From positions 54,454 through 118,453 of IMG/VR virus record IMGVR_UViG_3300037313_001714: a stretch of DNA of 64,000 bases. One strand, 5' to 3'. The first letter of the stretch is position 1, and every line of letters begins with the position of its first letter. The notes under the pieces were generated by a model. It was not told the origin of the DNA. It did no database searches and worked only from the letters and a program-made list of their open reading frames with translations. Positions 16,862 to 26,466 of the stretch are shown piece after piece. Both the position numbers and the translations under genes were made by a program. This DNA is from a virus.

Positions 16862-18252
16862 GCCGACACCGCCGCTTCGAACTGCTCGCGGATGCGCTCC
16901 AGCGTGTCGGCGACGCTCTTGTCGTCGCGGATCTCCACCAGCACCGGCAAATACAGCGAGTGGTCCGGGTTGCTGTCGCTGGGCGCGCAGATCGCATTGC
17001 CCTCCACGGTGGCCACCTTGTCCAGGAACTTGTCGCGGTTGGCCCAGACGTGCGCGCGCTGGGCGTCGCCGCGGGCGTTCACGTCCACCTTCAACGCGCC
17101 GCACTCGCTGCGCATCTTGAAGGCGCCCAGCATGCCGGTGTACTTGCCGTTGCCCTCGATGAAGCCTTCGATGCGCAGCTCCACCGGCACCTTCAGCTTC
17201 AGCTTGATCTGCTCGCGGCTGGTGCCGTCCTTCCAGATGGCGTGGTATTTCTTCACCACGCTGCCCTCCAGGCCGCGCGCTAGGTTGGCCTTGTAGTGGG
17301 CCATCGCCTCGTCCATGTTCTTGACGAAGCGGCTCTCCACGATGCCGAGGTACTGGCCTTTGGCCGGCTGCTTGAGCACCTCGTTCATGCTCTTGAGACC
17401 GGCGCAGCCTTGCAGCAGCTGCAGGCACAGCCCCACCAGCCGATGGGCATAGGATTTCTTGTAGCTGCCCTTGGGCACGGCCGCCTCGAGCGGAATCTGG
17501 TCCCACGCCAGGAACAGCGGGCGCTCGTTGGCGGCGAAGTCGCCGCCCTCGCGAATGTGGGTGAACACGCCGTTGCCGTCGGCGCGGTCGATGATCTGAC
17601 CGTCGCGCAGCAGCAGCAGCTCGCCGTGCAGCTGGGTGCCTTTCCTCACGTACTGGCGGATCTCCGCGAGCAGCGGCTCGAGCGCCGTGAGCGGGTACTC
17701 GTTGCCCTGCCGGGTGCTGATGCGAATCTCGCCGTCGGCAGTGATGTCGATGTTCGCGTAGGTGCCGTCGGCCTTGACCTGGCTGATCGCGCCGTGCTCG
17801 AAGAACTCGTCCAGCTTGACGTGCTTCGGCAGCGAGCAGCGCATGTAGGGGAAGTCGGGCACGAGGCCCTTCCACACCTTGTTGACGGTCTCGGCGTCGA
17901 AGCCCGCGCGCATGTCCTTCGTGATGATCCGGTGCAGAAGCGATGCGCTCTTGGGCGTCAAACGCGTCTGCTCGGCCTCGATGGCGTCCAGCGCCGCGGT
18001 GCCGGACAGTCTGCGGCTGGCCAGCTTCTCGAGCATCAGCCAGGTGTTCTCGGCGGTGAAGTGACCGGTGCCGTGCCGCGTGACCGCGCGCATCTTGCGC
18101 ACGCCGTAAGTGGTGAGCGGGTGGTAGGCGTGCTTCAACACCGTCATGAGGTGGTCATCCTCCTCGTACGCCGCGAGCAGCGCGATCTTGACGTTCTTGC
18201 CGCTGTTGGCGGCCACCTGCTCGATCAGATCGAAGATTTCGTCCGATGTCAT
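16858..18252 (-). CDS. ATP-dependent DNA ligase
   Basis: Adenylation motif QVKADG; LHGELL; LEGSVVK; IKLKL; C-terminal OB fold. Confidence 0.92.
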   Translation of the reverse strand: MTSDEIFDLIEQVAANSGKNVKIALLAAYEEDDHLMTVLKHAYHPLTTYGVRKMRAVTRHGTGHFTAENTWLMLEKLASRRLSGTAALDAIEAEQTRLTPKSASLLHRIITKDMRAGFDAETVNKVWKGLVPDFPYMRCSLPKHVKLDEFFEHGAISQVKADGTYANIDITADGEIRISTRQGNEYPLTALEPLLAEIRQYVRKGTQLHGELLLLRDGQIIDRADGNGVFTHIREGGDFAANERPLFLAWDQIPLEAAVPKGSYKKSYAHRLVGLCLQLLQGCAGLKSMNEVLKQPAKGQYLGIVESRFVKNMDEAMAHYKANLARGLEGSVVKKYHAIWKDGTSREQIKLKLKVPVELRIEGFIEGNGKYTGMLGAFKMRSECGALKVDVNARGDAQRAHVWANRDKFLDKVATVEGNAICAPSDSNPDHSLYLPVLVEIRDDKSVADTLERIREQFEAAVSA

Positions 18253-18866
18253 TTGCCTTCCTTCTTGAGTGCGGCGAGCCGCATGGCGCGGGCGCGCGGG
18301 GTTTCACCTGGCAGCGCGGCCAGTGGTGCGAATGCCTTGTGGGCGCCTTCCTTCGAGAAGGCGGGTTCGGTCGCAATCGCCGTGTGCAGGTCGATCTCCT
18401 CTTTCGAGAGGCCCGACGCGGCCTGGGCCTGCTTCAGCTCGGCGTTGATCGCGTCCGCGAAGCCGCCGGTGTCGATGTGTCCGGTGCGCTTGTCGGGCAC
18501 CTTCACGTGCTCGCTGTGGTACGGGTCCGCGCGCTGCGCGATGTCCTTTTCTGCGCGGTTCGCATCGGTGGGCTCGCGACTCCAGGCGGGCGCACGCACC
18601 GCGTTGCCGGCGGTGTCGCGCGGCAGAAAGTACAGCGCCTCGCCAGCGAGTTCTTCGGTCTGGCGCATGGTCACGGCCTGGCAGGTGCCCAGCCGGATCG
18701 CTTCGTTGCAGGCGGGCCAGACCTCGCGCGCCCTGCCCTCCTTGACCAGGCGCATCTTGTCCAGGCACGCGGCGTAGGCCGGGTTGTGCTCGGTGATGCG
18801 GCAGTGCCCGAGGTAGTAGGCGTTCTTGCCGGACAGCGACGCCGAGAGTGGGTGCTTGTCGCTCAT
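18249..18866 (-). CDS. Hypothetical protein
   Basis: 205-aa ORF with ATGA overlaps; Cys/His-containing N-terminus. Confidence 0.6.
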   Translation of the reverse strand: MSDKHPLSASLSGKNAYYLGHCRITEHNPAYAACLDKMRLVKEGRAREVWPACNEAIRLGTCQAVTMRQTEELAGEALYFLPRDTAGNAVRAPAWSREPTDANRAEKDIAQRADPYHSEHVKVPDKRTGHIDTGGFADAINAELKQAQAASGLSKEEIDLHTAIATEPAFSKEGAHKAFAPLAALPGETPRARAMRLAALKKEGK

Positions 18867-19045
18867 AGCAGTCCCGCCAACGTGAGCGCCTTCTCGACCA
18901 CCAGATACAGCGACCAAAGGCCGCCCGTGAAGATGGCGAAGGTGGTCGACCAGAAGCCGTGTGCGAGCACGATGCCCGCCACCCACATGACGAGGTAGGC
19001 CACACTGAGCACGCTCTCCACGAGCACAGTTGCAAATCGAATCAT
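18863..19045 (-). CDS. Small membrane protein
   Basis: 60 aa with two hydrophobic segments. Confidence 0.55.
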   Translation of the reverse strand: MIRFATVLVESVLSVAYLVMWVAGIVLAHGFWSTTFAIFTGGLWSLYLVVEKALTLAGLL

Positions 19046-19539
19046 CAGAAAGTCCCCCATGCATCGCCGCGGTCGACGGTCTCGTCGAACACGGGTTCAG
19101 CCTTCGTCACCGGTGACGTATCCGTAGCGGCCATAGTGATGCCGCCAATCCATTTCGTGATCTGGTTCACCAAGTCCGAGCTGGCGTAGTGATGCTGAAC
19201 TTTCTCCAGCACCTCGGACGGCTTGTGCACGTTGTCGCCCGACATCTGGTGCAGGCTATGGGTGGTGGGCACCACCTTGTAGCCCTTGGTCGAGGACATC
19301 TTTTGCTTGAGGATCTTCTTGCGCTCGCCTTCGCACAGCATCAGCGTGCCGCTGTGAACTTGGCAGTCCTTGCCGCCAGTGTTGGCATGGGCCCACGGGC
19401 CCCAGCGCTTGATCAGCATGGCGCCGGTGCACTCACTCTCGCCTCTGAAGTTGATCTCGATCTTCTTCAGCAGGACGGTCTCGTAGAACTTCGTGCCGCC
19501 TTCGTGCCGCAGAAAGTAGGTCTCGACTTGGATGCCCAT
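19045..19539 (-). CDS. WGR-domain-like protein
   Basis: TKFYETVL...KRWG...KILKQKMSSTKGY follows the WGR pattern (KFY, RWG, terminal KGY). Confidence 0.5.
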   Translation of the reverse strand: MGIQVETYFLRHEGGTKFYETVLLKKIEINFRGESECTGAMLIKRWGPWAHANTGGKDCQVHSGTLMLCEGERKKILKQKMSSTKGYKVVPTTHSLHQMSGDNVHKPSEVLEKVQHHYASSDLVNQITKWIGGITMAATDTSPVTKAEPVFDETVDRGDAWGTF

Positions 19540-19627
19540 GGGGGTGTCTGGTGCGTGCGCGATGCCCGCGCGTGATGGTTGAATTTTACTGAGACCGTCA
19601 GGAAAAACAAGTCATCGGTGACTCTTC

Positions 19628-20725
19628 CTATGAGGCAGACGCAGCGAGCTTGGCGCAGCGCATGCGCAGCTCGATGGCGCTGGTCGGGTTGATCACCCGG
19701 GCCTTCCAGTAGGCGTCGCGCACCACCTGCGGGGCGACCTCGTTGGGGTCCTTGTCCGCGGGCAGCTCCGCCAGGCGCGCCTTCAGGCCGATGCCGTGAC
19801 ACAGCAGGCCCGCGCTGATCGCCGCTTCCAGCGCCGCGGGCTCGCCGTCCCACATGAAGGTGATGATCTGCAGCCCGAGCGCCTGCAGCTGCTGCAGCTT
19901 GGCGAGCTGGCTGTCGGCATCGCCGCTCGACAGGTGCTTGCCGAAGGTGCCGATCGGCACCACGTGGCGCGTCTGCAGGCTGCCGTCCAGCGCGAACTTG
20001 ATGGCCGCCACGTCGAACACGCCCTCGCCCGCGCAGACCTCGCGCGCGCCGACCGCGTTGTGGCCGTTGTAGAGGATCGAGCCGGTGCTGGCGAACCCCG
20101 GCGGGAACAGGTACTTCTTGTCGGCGCTGCCGGTGATGTCGCGCCCCTGGAATGAGGCGAGCTGGCCGTCCAGGTTGAACACCGGGATGATGACGCGCCG
20201 GCTGTAGTCCTGGAAGCGCTTGCGCCCGCCCTCCTCCCACCAGAACTTGCCGTCATGGCAGTAGCGCAGCCCGAAGTAGCGCGCCAGCTCGCCGCCGATG
20301 TTGCGGTTGTCCAGGTACTTCAGGTTTCGGCCATTCACTGGCAGCGCGACCGACTTGGGCAGTTTCAGCGGACCATGCTCGACCGTCGGGGCGGCAGCCA
20401 GTTTCGGCGGCTGCCAGCCCTGCTCGCGCGCGGAGGCCTTGACGTTCTCCACCGTGGCACGGTTGTCGCCGCCCATGTAGGCCTTCATGAAGCTCCACTT
20501 GTTGAAGCCCTGGCCATCGCAGTCGCCTGAGAAGCAGTTGCCAAAGCCTGTGTCCAGCCCGAAGTAGACCTTCCACTTGGTGCTGCCGCAGCGGGGGCAC
20601 TCGCGGATGTTGGCCTGCCGGCCGTGGTGGCCGCGTGTGACCTTGTAGCGGATGCCCTCGCGATCGAGCCACTGCTCGAAGTCCAGGGTGTCCAGCGCCT
20701 CCTGCAGCTCGGCGTTGCCGCTCAT
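19628..20725 (-). CDS. DNA primase (zinc finger plus TOPRIM)
   Basis: CPRCG...CFSGDC; RRVIIPV; QGRDI; AGEGVFD; MWDGE; DPNE. Confidence 0.9.
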   Translation of the reverse strand: MSGNAELQEALDTLDFEQWLDREGIRYKVTRGHHGRQANIRECPRCGSTKWKVYFGLDTGFGNCFSGDCDGQGFNKWSFMKAYMGGDNRATVENVKASAREQGWQPPKLAAAPTVEHGPLKLPKSVALPVNGRNLKYLDNRNIGGELARYFGLRYCHDGKFWWEEGGRKRFQDYSRRVIIPVFNLDGQLASFQGRDITGSADKKYLFPPGFASTGSILYNGHNAVGAREVCAGEGVFDVAAIKFALDGSLQTRHVVPIGTFGKHLSSGDADSQLAKLQQLQALGLQIITFMWDGEPAALEAAISAGLLCHGIGLKARLAELPADKDPNEVAPQVVRDAYWKARVINPTSAIELRMRCAKLAASAS

Positions 20726-20883
20726 AGCCGGTGCTGCTCCAGAATTTCGCGCAGATGCCGCGACAGCGCGATCAGCTCGGTGACGCACCGCGCGCGCCGC
20801 ACCAGCGTGCGCATGCACTCATGCCACAGCAGCAGCATGGCTGCGAACCAGCAGAAAACGCCCAGCATGAACAGCGGCAGCAT
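20722..20883 (-). CDS. Small hydrophobic protein (53 aa)
   Basis: Hand-translated MLPLFMLGVFCWFAAMLLLWHEC...; fills the helicase-primase gap with an ATGA overlap. Confidence 0.4.
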   Translation of the reverse strand: MLPLFMLGVFCWFAAMLLLWHECMRTLVRRARCVTELIALSRHLREILEQHRL

Positions 20884-20886
20884 CGT

Positions 20887-22344
20887 CTACTCCACCTTGA
20901 TGATCGAGCGGATGAACACCATCCGCGCGATGTCCTGCTTCACGTGCACCGTGAAGCCCGACTCCTGGTTGCGGCTGGCCATGAAGTACAGGCGCGCCTC
21001 GTTGTTGGCGCGTTCCTCGTCGGTGATGTTGATGCCGATCATCAGGTCCACCGTGCGCACCTTGTTGATGTCGTCGGCGATGTCGCCCATCTTGGCCACC
21101 GTGGCCTTGATGCCGTCGCGGTTGATGGCCGTGGCTGTGAGCATCGCGACGTCTTCGTCGTTGGCGATCGCGCGCAGGTCGATCCAGATCCAGGTCATGC
21201 GGCCCTTGTCGCCGTCGTAGGGCCGGTCGCTGTCCATGATGTCGGCGTAGTCGACCACCACGAGGTCGAACTTGATGGCGGGAATCGTCTCGCCGTTGAC
21301 GACCTGCGGCGCCTTGTAGCGCTCGATCAGCGCGCGCAGCATGGAGGGCTTCAGCGTGCCGCTCGAGTATTCGTGGATCTGCAGCGCGCCGGCCTTGGCG
21401 GCCAGCGCCCGCACCTTGGACTCGACGTCGTGGATGCGGGTGCCGACCTCCTTCATCAGGGTGTCGGTGACGCTCGCGTCGGCGCGGTCGGCGATGATGT
21501 CCTTCGCGACCTCGCAGGTGGCGTACAGCACGTTGTGGCCACCCAGGCTGGCGGCCTTCGCGAAGTTCAGCAGGGCCGTCGTCTTGCCCACCTTGGGGCC
21601 ACCCGACAGCGCCGACAGCTCGCGCTTGCCCCAGCCCTTGTGATACAGCAGCTGGTCGAGCTGGTAGATGCCGGTGGTCACGCCCGTGGGCGGCAGCACC
21701 CCGGCGAGCCGATCCTGGCGGCGCTTGGTGCGCTCGCCGATCTTGGTCCAGTAGTTGTAGCTCTCGCCGTCGGCGTTCACCGCGACAGCCATCGCCGCCT
21801 GCATGTCACGCTCGATCAGGTCGAAGCGCCCCTTCTCGCGGTGCCCCACCGCGCGCAGCAGCGCCTCGCCCATCGCCTGGTAGCGCGCGAAGGTGGCGAC
21901 CTCCTGCGCGAAGTAGTCGCCGTTGGACAGGTCCGGGTTGTCGATGTAGACCGCGAGCACCGCGTCCTTCAGGGGCTGCTGCACCTCCGCGCGCAGCCGC
22001 TTCTTGGCTTTCCAGTCGCGGATCACCTGATACAGCGCGACCTTGTTGGGCTGGCTGCCGTAGGTCTTCCAGAACTCCAGCACCATCGCGACCAGCGCCG
22101 CCTCGCCCACGTTCTCGAAGTATTCGGGCCGCAGGATGTGGCCGACCTTGCGCATGAACGAAGCGTCGCGCGCGACGTGGCGCACGATCTGGGTCTGGAA
22201 GTCCGCGTCGAAGCTGAAGTGATCGACCTCGCCATCAGCGGGCGTCGCCGGCGCGGGTGCAGAGGCAGCAGGAGCGGCCGCAGCCGCTCCGGTGTAGGTC
22301 TCGCCGATCAGCGTCGCAACCGACGCTTCAGCAGCCGAGGTCAT
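20887..22344 (-). CDS. Replicative SF4 helicase (DnaB / T4 gp41-like)
   Basis: GVTTGIYQLD; Walker A GGPKVGKTT; LVVVDYAD; TATAINR; ASRN. Confidence 0.92.
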   Translation of the reverse strand: MTSAAEASVATLIGETYTGAAAAAPAASAPAPATPADGEVDHFSFDADFQTQIVRHVARDASFMRKVGHILRPEYFENVGEAALVAMVLEFWKTYGSQPNKVALYQVIRDWKAKKRLRAEVQQPLKDAVLAVYIDNPDLSNGDYFAQEVATFARYQAMGEALLRAVGHREKGRFDLIERDMQAAMAVAVNADGESYNYWTKIGERTKRRQDRLAGVLPPTGVTTGIYQLDQLLYHKGWGKRELSALSGGPKVGKTTALLNFAKAASLGGHNVLYATCEVAKDIIADRADASVTDTLMKEVGTRIHDVESKVRALAAKAGALQIHEYSSGTLKPSMLRALIERYKAPQVVNGETIPAIKFDLVVVDYADIMDSDRPYDGDKGRMTWIWIDLRAIANDEDVAMLTATAINRDGIKATVAKMGDIADDINKVRTVDLMIGINITDEERANNEARLYFMASRNQESGFTVHVKQDIARMVFIRSIIKVE

Positions 22345-22712
22345 TGGATGGTTTCCTCACCGGTGACTTTAGAAGCCGGACGCACTGCGGGCCGGAACTC
22401 GCTGATGTCATGCTTGAAGATGACGCGGTCGGCGCCGGTGGCCTGGCAGCGCAGGGTCACGGTGTACTTGTCGCTGCACTTGACGGTGCCGCGCAGCAGG
22501 GTGCGGCTGCCGATCTTCTCGATGATGATTTCCGTCCCGCTCGCTTCCAGCTGTTTCAGGAACGCCTCGTGCCCCTTGGGCTTGACTTTGTCCTTCGGTG
22601 CCCCGCGCGTGAGGATCGGGCGCCTGGTGCGCTCCTCGCGGGCCATGCGCGCGCCCTCCTGCTGCTGCTCGCGTCGCACGTTCTGAAAATCGTCGGAGAT
22701 TCGGTCTTGCAT
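22341..22712 (-). CDS. Hfq-like Sm-fold protein
   Basis: EAFLKQL...LRGTVKCSDKYTVTL...VIFKHDISEFRP aligns by eye with E. coli Hfq DPFLNAL...LQGQIESFDQFVILL...MVYKHAISTVVP. Confidence 0.72.
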   Translation of the reverse strand: MQDRISDDFQNVRREQQQEGARMAREERTRRPILTRGAPKDKVKPKGHEAFLKQLEASGTEIIIEKIGSRTLLRGTVKCSDKYTVTLRCQATGADRVIFKHDISEFRPAVRPASKVTGEETIQ

Positions 22713-22772
22713 GGGGCATCGTCCTTGTGGCGGGGCCGCGGTGCCCGAATAACTCGGGCTGATCGCGACTCA

Positions 22773-23498
22773 TTATAGGTCACGGGTGAGTGAGTTCTGC
22801 AGGCTGAAATCGATTGCCTCGTCGAGGTCGTCGGACGCGAAGGCGGCCAGCGCGGCCTCAAGCCGCAGGTGGCCCACCGTGTGCAGCGCGGCGCTGAGCG
22901 CAAAGCGCCGCACCGGGCGACGCCGGATGGCCTCGATCAGGTGCACCTCGTAGGCGCGCTGGTCGGGCGCGGCGCACCAGTTCTCCACCCGGAATCGGCT
23001 GGACGCGGCCCACTGGATCTTCTCGCGGCCCTCCAGCGTCCAGGCGTTGCACACCGCCACGATCAGGTCGTTGTCCGCGGTCAAGTGGGCCGGCCGCGGC
23101 GGGTGCGGAACGCCCTTGCCCCAGCCCTGCTCGATCAGGTAGCTCATCGCCTCGCGCAGAAAGAACTCGTAGCGCATGCCGAGCCGGTCGATCAGCTGGC
23201 GCAGCTTCCAGAAGCTCTTGCGCTCGTGGTGCTCGAAGAAGTCGCCGCCCTTGATCGCCTTGGTGAAGCGCAGCTTGTGGTCCAGCGCGCGGCCGATGAA
23301 GTCGCCGTACGCCAGGTTGTAGTGGTGCACCAGCAGGTGGGTGGCCACCGCCGGGTGCAGCTGGCGGTAGTCGAACCACTTCGACTGCATCAGGGCCGGC
23401 TCCTCCGCGAGCAGCGTGCGGTCGATCCGCGCCACCGTGAGGATCTCGGCGCTCTCCAGATCCAGGCCCGATCCGTAGAAGTCCGGAAGGTCCTTCAT
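22773..23498 (-). CDS. Hypothetical replication-module protein
   Basis: 241-aa ORF with normal codon use upstream of Hfq-like, helicase and primase. Confidence 0.7.
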   Translation of the reverse strand: MKDLPDFYGSGLDLESAEILTVARIDRTLLAEEPALMQSKWFDYRQLHPAVATHLLVHHYNLAYGDFIGRALDHKLRFTKAIKGGDFFEHHERKSFWKLRQLIDRLGMRYEFFLREAMSYLIEQGWGKGVPHPPRPAHLTADNDLIVAVCNAWTLEGREKIQWAASSRFRVENWCAAPDQRAYEVHLIEAIRRRPVRRFALSAALHTVGHLRLEAALAAFASDDLDEAIDFSLQNSLTRDL

Positions 23499-23634
23499 CG
23501 GGTCCGCGGATTGGGGCCGCCTCGTTCCGCCGTAATGAATTCAATGTGTCCCATGTGAGACCAATATAGAAAGAATCTTATGAAGCGAGGTGGCGGCCCC
23601 ACACGTCCGCCCCAAGTCCAAGAGGACCGGAAAA

Positions 23635-23754
23635 CTACGGGCTCGGGAACAGGAAGTTCAGGTGCCAGATGACCTCGGCGACGCCAGCAATCCAGCCCCA
23701 CCACTTCGAGCGCGGGCGTGGCCTCTTGTCGCGCGGGTGAATCTTTGCGCTCAT
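23635..23754 (-). CDS. Possible 39-aa peptide
   Basis: Hand-translated MSAKIHPRDKRPRPRSKWWGWIAGVAEVIWHLNFLFPSP. Confidence 0.25.
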   Translation of the reverse strand: MSAKIHPRDKRPRPRSKWWGWIAGVAEVIWHLNFLFPSP

Positions 23755-23761
23755 GCTCGTC

Positions 23762-24466
23762 TCATTTCTCGTACGCCTCCACCACGTCCTGCACGAAGCC
23801 GTGCCGCACGATGTCCTCGACGCCGAACTCGATGAAGCCGCAGCGGCGCACGTGCTTCATGCGGCGCAGCGCGTCCGGCAGGCCCGAGTTCTCGATGTCC
23901 ACCTGCTTGAGGTCGCCGCACACCACCACCCGGCAGTTCGGCCCGACGCGGGTGAGGAACATCAGCATCTGCTTGGGGGTGACGTTCTGCGCCTCGTCCA
24001 GGATGACGAACGCGTCGCGGAAGGTGCGCCCGCGCATGAAGGCCAGCGGCTGGCCCACGATCTGGCCGGCCTTGACGGCGTACTCGTACTCGCTCGCGCC
24101 CATCGTGTCGTGGAAGATGTCGATGAACGGGCCGAGGTAGGGCTCGTACTTCTCGTCCAGCTCACCGGGCAGGAAGCCCAGGTCTTCCTCGGCGCCGACG
24201 GCGGGCCGGGTGAGGATGATCTTCTTCATGACGCCGGCGTCCAGGGCCGCGGCCGCCAGCGCCGTCGGGATGTGCGTCTTGCCGGTGCCTGCCGGGCCGG
24301 TGGCGAAGGTGACCACGTTGTCGCCGATGGTGTGGATGTAGCGCGCCTGCATCTCGTTGCGCGGGGCCAGCGGCTTTTTCACCTTCGGGAAGCGCGGGTC
24401 ATGGTTCTCGATCAGTTCCATCTGTTCCTGTTCTTCGCGCTGCCGGCGGCTTCGTTTGGTCATCAC
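23762..24466 (-). CDS. phoH: PhoH-family ATPase
   Basis: GPAGTGKT; RGRTF; ILDEAQN; GDLKQVD; DIVRH. Confidence 0.93.
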   Translation of the reverse strand: MMTKRSRRQREEQEQMELIENHDPRFPKVKKPLAPRNEMQARYIHTIGDNVVTFATGPAGTGKTHIPTALAAAALDAGVMKKIILTRPAVGAEEDLGFLPGELDEKYEPYLGPFIDIFHDTMGASEYEYAVKAGQIVGQPLAFMRGRTFRDAFVILDEAQNVTPKQMLMFLTRVGPNCRVVVCGDLKQVDIENSGLPDALRRMKHVRRCGFIEFGVEDIVRHGFVQDVVEAYEK

Positions 24467-24525
24467 GGCTCCGTTGAAAACTACATGCTAACTCACCGGT
24501 GACTGATCGCCTATAAGCGACGGCG

Positions 24526-25860
24526 TCACCGCATCGACAATCGGGGCAAGACCGTGTGATCGTGCTCGTGCGGCTCGCGCAAATGCATCTTCCCGCCCGC
24601 CACCGCGAAGTCGCTGACCGTGACGTAGTCGTGCGCGGTGGCGCGCGTGGCGGTGTCGACGTGCACGATGTCAAAGCCCAGGTGCCACTTCTCGCCCTCG
24701 CAGTAGCTGGCGCTCCTCTTGTGGCCTGAGCCCAGCTGGTGCCACTCGTAGGCGCCGTAGATCGGGCTGAACTCGTTGTAGACGAGGTGCCGGTGGTGGT
24801 GGCCGTTCACGCCTGGCAGGCCCATGTCGCGCGCATGCGGGAAGTGGTGCGCCAGCACGCAGTCCCAGTAGACCTTGTAGTTGGCCGCCAGCTCGCGCTC
24901 GAAGTCGCGCTTGGTGAAGGCGGCCAGGTCGGCCTTGGCCACGTAGTTCATCTCGAAGCGGTCCAGCCCGAGCAGCTTGGGCACGGTCCAGCCGTGCAGG
25001 TCCGCCAGCACCGCGCGCAGCGCCGGCGTCTGGTCGGCCAGGTGCTTCAGCAGTCGCGCCTCGTGGTTGCCCTCCAGCAGGTCCATCTGGGCGTTGGGCA
25101 CCGCCTCGCGCAGCGGCCCCAGGATCTTGTCGTGCACGAAGCGGATGCGCTCGACGACGTTCCACTCGCGCGGGTCCACCGTGTACTTGCCGAACTCGGG
25201 CAGGTCGAACACGTCGCCGACCAGGCAGACCACGTCCGGCTGCAGGCGGGCCGCCGTGTCGATGAGCACGCGCAGATAGAACGGGTCGATCTCGATGTCG
25301 TGCAGGTCGCTGGCGAACAGGATGGTCTTGAAGCGGCCGTCGCGGCGCACCTCGTAGCGGTCGCCGTAGTCCTTGCGATCGCAGTTCAGCTGCCGGTAGT
25401 GATCGACGCTGGCGTGCTTGGCGATCGCGCGCTCGTGGGCGTGCTGCTGGCGCGAGAGCTTGATGCCGGCTTGCTTCTTGAACTCCTCGAAGGTGCCGAA
25501 GTAGCGGTTCCAGGTCGACTCGGAGATCGCGCTGTGCACGCGGAAGTAATTGCGCGAGACCACCCGATCGGGGTCGAGCTTGGCGACGCGCTGCAACTCC
25601 TCGATGCACTCCGCGGGGCCCCAGTCGGCCATGAAGCGGCCCGGGTCCTCGGACATGGGCGCCTCGGCGGTGGTTGCCCGGTAGATGATCCGGATCGACG
25701 GATCGCTCTTGGCCAGCGTGCGCAGGAACCCGGCCTTGTTCCTGATCGTCTTGGCCGAGATTCCGAGCGCGCGCTCGACATCGGCAACGGTGGGATAGGT
25801 GTCGCGGTCGTTGTAGACCGCGAGGAAGCGGCCGTGGTCGGCGGGAATCACGCCCACCAC
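24526..25860 (-). CDS. Calcineurin-like metallophosphoesterase with an N-terminal HTH and a homing-endonuclease-associated repeat
   Basis: SDLHD, GDVFD, GNHE, GHHH; N-terminal YFGTFEEFKKQAG repeat-like motif. Confidence 0.8.
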   Translation of the reverse strand: MVGVIPADHGRFLAVYNDRDTYPTVADVERALGISAKTIRNKAGFLRTLAKSDPSIRIIYRATTAEAPMSEDPGRFMADWGPAECIEELQRVAKLDPDRVVSRNYFRVHSAISESTWNRYFGTFEEFKKQAGIKLSRQQHAHERAIAKHASVDHYRQLNCDRKDYGDRYEVRRDGRFKTILFASDLHDIEIDPFYLRVLIDTAARLQPDVVCLVGDVFDLPEFGKYTVDPREWNVVERIRFVHDKILGPLREAVPNAQMDLLEGNHEARLLKHLADQTPALRAVLADLHGWTVPKLLGLDRFEMNYVAKADLAAFTKRDFERELAANYKVYWDCVLAHHFPHARDMGLPGVNGHHHRHLVYNEFSPIYGAYEWHQLGSGHKRSASYCEGEKWHLGFDIVHVDTATRATAHDYVTVSDFAVAGGKMHLREPHEHDHTVLPRLSMR

Positions 25861-26159
25861 TCGGCGGAGACGGCGTTGGTCGTCGCCGAGATCACGCTGA
25901 CGGCGGTGCAGCCCGGGGCGATCGCCATCAGGTGCTCGTACTGCACGTAGACACTGCCGGTGCCGTCGGTGAGGTCGGCTGCCGGAATCGCCGCGTTGTT
26001 GCGGTCGTTGAGCCAGAACGGATTGGTGGCGCGCAGGCGCAGGAAGTGCGCGCCGGCCGGCACCGTGAACGGCTCGGCGATGTTGGCCGCGAGCACGCGG
26101 TTGTCCACCTGGTTGCTGGGGCTGTACGCCGTGGATGCCTTGCTGTTGGCATCGGGCAT
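25848..26159 (-). CDS. Hypothetical beta-rich protein
   Basis: 103-aa ORF directly after the spanins. Confidence 0.55.
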   Translation of the reverse strand: MPDANSKASTAYSPSNQVDNRVLAANIAEPFTVPAGAHFLRLRATNPFWLNDRNNAAIPAADLTDGTGSVYVQYEHLMAIAPGCTAVSVISATTNAVSAEWWA

Positions 26160-26190
26160 GGCTGCAAATTGGCGCATGGGTGACTCTCCT

Positions 26191-26466
26191 TCAGGGGTGC
26201 TTGGCTTGTTGCTTCAGGACGCTGTCGACCCAATCGACCAGCGCGTTGTGGCGCGTCATCAGCTCGTTGTAGCGAGCCGCGGCGTCGATGTCGGCGTCGA
26301 CCAGCTGGGCGACGTCAACGGGCGGCTTCAGCGGCGGCAGGCGCTGGGCCTTTTGCATCGCCGCTTGCGGCGGCACCAGCTGCGTCGCCGGCACGCGCAG
26401 CGTTGAGCAGCCGCACAGTGTCATCGTCGAGCCGAGCAGCAGGATCGACAGTAGCGTTTTGCGCAT
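26191..26466 (-). CDS. o-spanin (Rz1-like lipoprotein)
   Basis: Signal peptide with lipobox TLCGC; Pro-rich; overlaps the 3' end of the i-spanin in another frame. Confidence 0.8.
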   Translation of the reverse strand: MRKTLLSILLLGSTMTLCGCSTLRVPATQLVPPQAAMQKAQRLPPLKPPVDVAQLVDADIDAAARYNELMTRHNALVDWVDSVLKQQAKHP

